The notes below the pieces were generated by a model. It saw only the letters and a list, made by a program, of their open reading frames with translations, was not told the DNA's origin and did not search any database. From Candidatus Alloenteromonas pullistercoris (GTDB taxonomy: Bacteria > Bacillota_I > Bacilli_A > RFN20 > CAG-826): a stretch of 64,000 bases of DNA. The stretch covers positions 3,150-67,149 of the forward strand of contig JADINA010000012.1 of NCBI GenBank assembly GCA_017694295.1, given 5' to 3'. Of the stretch, positions 61,874-64,000 are shown in pieces. The number at the start of each line of letters is the position of its first letter. The first letter of the stretch is position 1. A program made the translations under genes and the position numbers.

Positions 61874-63957
61874 ACATGCGCTTACGCGATTACAAAGGCT
61901 ATAACACCTCCGGGACCGGGGAAACGATAAACGGGGTCACCATCGAATATTCCTGCGGGGCCGAGGGGTATAAGGAAATAACCCAAAGCTATGGGAAAAG
62001 GCGGAAAGGCTATGGCAAGCCCAAGCACACCTGGAAGGCGCTTTTCCGGGTCTTCTCCTACCTAAAGGGCGACAAATGGATGTTCTTCGCCGCCATCTTC
62101 GCCACCGTCGCCACCATCCTCGTCAACTTAGTCGGCGGCTTCGTCAACGCCCCGATAGTCGACGGATTGCTCAACCCCGCCGTCATGGCCATGCGCGGGG
62201 ATTGGGGGCAATACGGCTCCTACCTTGGCTATGAAAGCGCCGTCATCTCGACCTCGCCATTCAACAAGATCCTCTTCTCGATGATGGATTGGGGTTTGCC
62301 CAGTAGCGAAATCTTCTCCGAGGCCATCGGGATATTGCTTTCCGTCATCGGCGTCTTGGTCGGCCTTTACCTTATCGGCTTCCTTTGCTCGGTCGCCCAA
62401 ATATTCTTAATGACCAAAATCGGGACCAATTCGCTTATGCGGCTGCGCAACGACATGTTCGCCAAGCTCCAGGGGTTGCCTTTGTCCTACTTCGACCAAA
62501 CCTCCCATGGCGACATCATGTCGCGGTTTACCAACGACGTCGACAACCTCGCCCAGTTTTTCAACTCCGGCATCGTCGAGCTTTTCACCTCGGTGGTGAT
62601 GCTAGTCGGCATCGTCGTCTTCATCTTCACCCTCAATTGGCTTTTGGCCCTTGTGGCCTTGGTCATGGAAGGGGTGGCGATGGCTTTGGTCGCCAATAAC
62701 GTCCGCCGCTCGGTCAACGCCTTCTCCGAAACCCAGGTATCGATGGGCGAATTCAACGGGCTCTCCGAGGAAGTCCTTTCCGGGCTAAAGGTCGTCAAAT
62801 GCTTCTCCAAGGAGCAGGACATGCTCGACCTCTTCAAGTCCATCGACTATCGTCACACCATCCACAACAAGAAGTCGGTGTTCCTAAGCTCGGCCAACGT
62901 CCCGATCGTCAATAACATCAATAACCTCAACACCGCCCTAGTGGCCATAGTCGGCATCATCCTCATCGTCACCGACGCCCCCTTCGCCCGGGTTTCCGTC
63001 GGCACCTTGGTGGCCTACATCGCCTTGCTTAGGATGCTCGCTAGGCCCTTCAACAACATCTCCAACCTCATGACCATGGTCCAAAGCTCGCTTGCCGGGG
63101 CCGAGCGCATCTTCCAGATGATCGACATCGAGCCCGAGCCGAGCTTGCAGAAGGCCAAATGGCATTCCTACAAAGGAAACGACGGCAAGTTCTATTGGAC
63201 CGACGGGATGAGGGTTAAGCCGGTGCTAGGCCAAGTCGACATGCGCCACGTCGATTTCAGCTACGTAAAAGGGCAGCCCATCCTCCATGACATCACCCTC
63301 TACGCCCACCCGGGCCAGAAGATCGCCTTAGTCGGCTCCACCGGGGCTGGCAAAACGACCATCACCAATTTGCTTACCCGCTTCTACGACATCGATTCGG
63401 GGGAGATCCTCATCGACGGCATCGACCTAAAGGACATCGACCGGGTTTCGATGCGCCGCTCGATGACCTTGGTCCTCCAAGACACCCACCTATTCACCGG
63501 GACCATCATGGAGAACATCCGCTTCGGGCATTTGAAAGCCAGCGACGAGGAATGCGTGAGGGCCGCTAAGCTAGCCTGCGCCGACCCGTTCATCGATAAG
63601 CTCAAAAAAGGCTACGCCACCGAGATCGATGGGGCAAACGCCTCGCTTTCGCAAGGGCAGAAGCAGCTGCTTAGCATCGCTCGATGCGCCGTCTCCAACC
63701 CGCCGATCCTCATCCTCGACGAAGCCACTTCCTCCGTCGACACCAGGACCGAGCGTCTTATAAGCAAGGGGATGGACAACATCATGGCCGGGAAGACGGT
63801 GTTCGTCATCGCCCACCGCCTCTCGACGGTCCGCTACGCCGATTGCATCATGGTCATGGACAAAGGAAGGATCATCGAGCGGGGCACCCACGATGAGCTA
63901 TTGGCCCAAAAAGGCCGTTACTACGAGCTTTGGACGGGCAAAAGCGAACTTGATTGA
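61870..63957 (+). CDS. ABC exporter, fused permease/ATPase (second subunit of a heterodimer)
   Basis: ATGA overlap with the upstream gene. Walker A GSTGAGKTTI, signature LSQGQKQLLSIARC, and Walker B ILILDEATS. Has an N-terminal extension and an enlarged first external loop. Confidence 0.85.
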   Translation: MNMRLRDYKGYNTSGTGETINGVTIEYSCGAEGYKEITQSYGKRRKGYGKPKHTWKALFRVFSYLKGDKWMFFAAIFATVATILVNLVGGFVNAPIVDGLLNPAVMAMRGDWGQYGSYLGYESAVISTSPFNKILFSMMDWGLPSSEIFSEAIGILLSVIGVLVGLYLIGFLCSVAQIFLMTKIGTNSLMRLRNDMFAKLQGLPLSYFDQTSHGDIMSRFTNDVDNLAQFFNSGIVELFTSVVMLVGIVVFIFTLNWLLALVALVMEGVAMALVANNVRRSVNAFSETQVSMGEFNGLSEEVLSGLKVVKCFSKEQDMLDLFKSIDYRHTIHNKKSVFLSSANVPIVNNINNLNTALVAIVGIILIVTDAPFARVSVGTLVAYIALLRMLARPFNNISNLMTMVQSSLAGAERIFQMIDIEPEPSLQKAKWHSYKGNDGKFYWTDGMRVKPVLGQVDMRHVDFSYVKGQPILHDITLYAHPGQKIALVGSTGAGKTTITNLLTRFYDIDSGEILIDGIDLKDIDRVSMRRSMTLVLQDTHLFTGTIMENIRFGHLKASDEECVRAAKLACADPFIDKLKKGYATEIDGANASLSQGQKQLLSIARCAVSNPPILILDEATSSVDTRTERLISKGMDNIMAGKTVFVIAHRLSTVRYADCIMVMDKGRIIERGTHDELLAQKGRYYELWTGKSELD

Positions 63958-63960
63958 AAG

Positions 63961-63986
63961 ACGGCTTCGGCTGTTTTTCTTTTTTG
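63961..63986 (+). terminator. Possible terminator after the ABC exporter pair
   Basis: Short hairpin ACGGC-ttcg-GCTGT (one G-U pair) followed by TTTTCTTTTTT. An alternative longer pairing, GCTTCGGC...GCCGAAGC, spans the T-run. Close to the window edge. Confidence 0.4.
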
Positions 63987-64000
63987 CCGAAGCAAAAGCA

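Noticed and set aside
1-64000. CRISPR arrays, rRNA genes, IS elements or transposases, prophage genes, and toxin-antitoxin pairs.
   Set aside because: I saw no regularly spaced direct repeats, no rRNA-like sequence, and no transposase, integrase or phage-like ORFs on either strand.
1-64000. An alternative genetic code (UGA = Trp, as in Mycoplasma/Spiroplasma), given the Mollicutes-like features.
   Set aside because: Long family-typical ORFs are intact under the standard code. UGA serves as the stop codon in several conserved ATGA/TGATG gene junctions (for example 12341-12344, 24913-24916 and 61870-61873).

Overview
This is a 64-kb chromosomal window from a Firmicutes/Mollicutes-like bacterium. 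It uses the standard genetic code: UGA acts as a stop codon in several ATGA/TGATG gene overlaps. Coding DNA is moderately GC-rich, with a few visibly AT-richer gaps. I call about 50 protein genes, 5 singleton tRNAs (each with its own sigma-70-like promoter and/or terminator), one yybP-ykoY (Mn2+) riboswitch candidate and one frameshifted gene.

Layout, left to right:
- pyrG, partial at the window edge and absent from the ORF track.
- A GH31 alpha-glucosidase.
- tRNA-Glu next to gltX.
- tRNA-Gly.
- A degenerate adenosine-deaminase-like gene.
- A long minus-strand operon: pgpA-like, cdaA, glmM, glmS, RDD, deoD, NERD.
- An AT-rich islet flanked by tRNAs, carrying an AAA+/DUF4143 ATPase bracketed by a duplicated repeat module.
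- A riboswitch-controlled P-type ATPase.
- A CPA2 antiporter and a flavin-reductase-like gene.
- A 15-kb co-directional gene run. It holds an Opp oligopeptide permease whose subunits carry very large insertions, a membrane protein, a HAD hydrolase, and a translationally coupled cassette of coiled-coil, membrane and exonuclease proteins that I cannot assign to any family.
- An 18-kb island of eight large secreted proteins, seven of them lipoproteins. It includes an M6-type metalloprotease, a Big_2 protein, two paralogous pairs and one frameshifted member.
- udk, an M18 aminopeptidase, an LtaS-like transferase, mntP, and a heterodimeric ABC exporter pair.

No rRNA, CRISPR array, transposase or integrase was seen.

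The most interesting candidates are the uncharacterised cassette at 21.9-26.0 kb, the lipoprotein/protease island adjacent to the expanded Opp system, and the repeat-bracketed ATPase islet.

All family calls come from motif recognition by eye and need HMM or structure confirmation.
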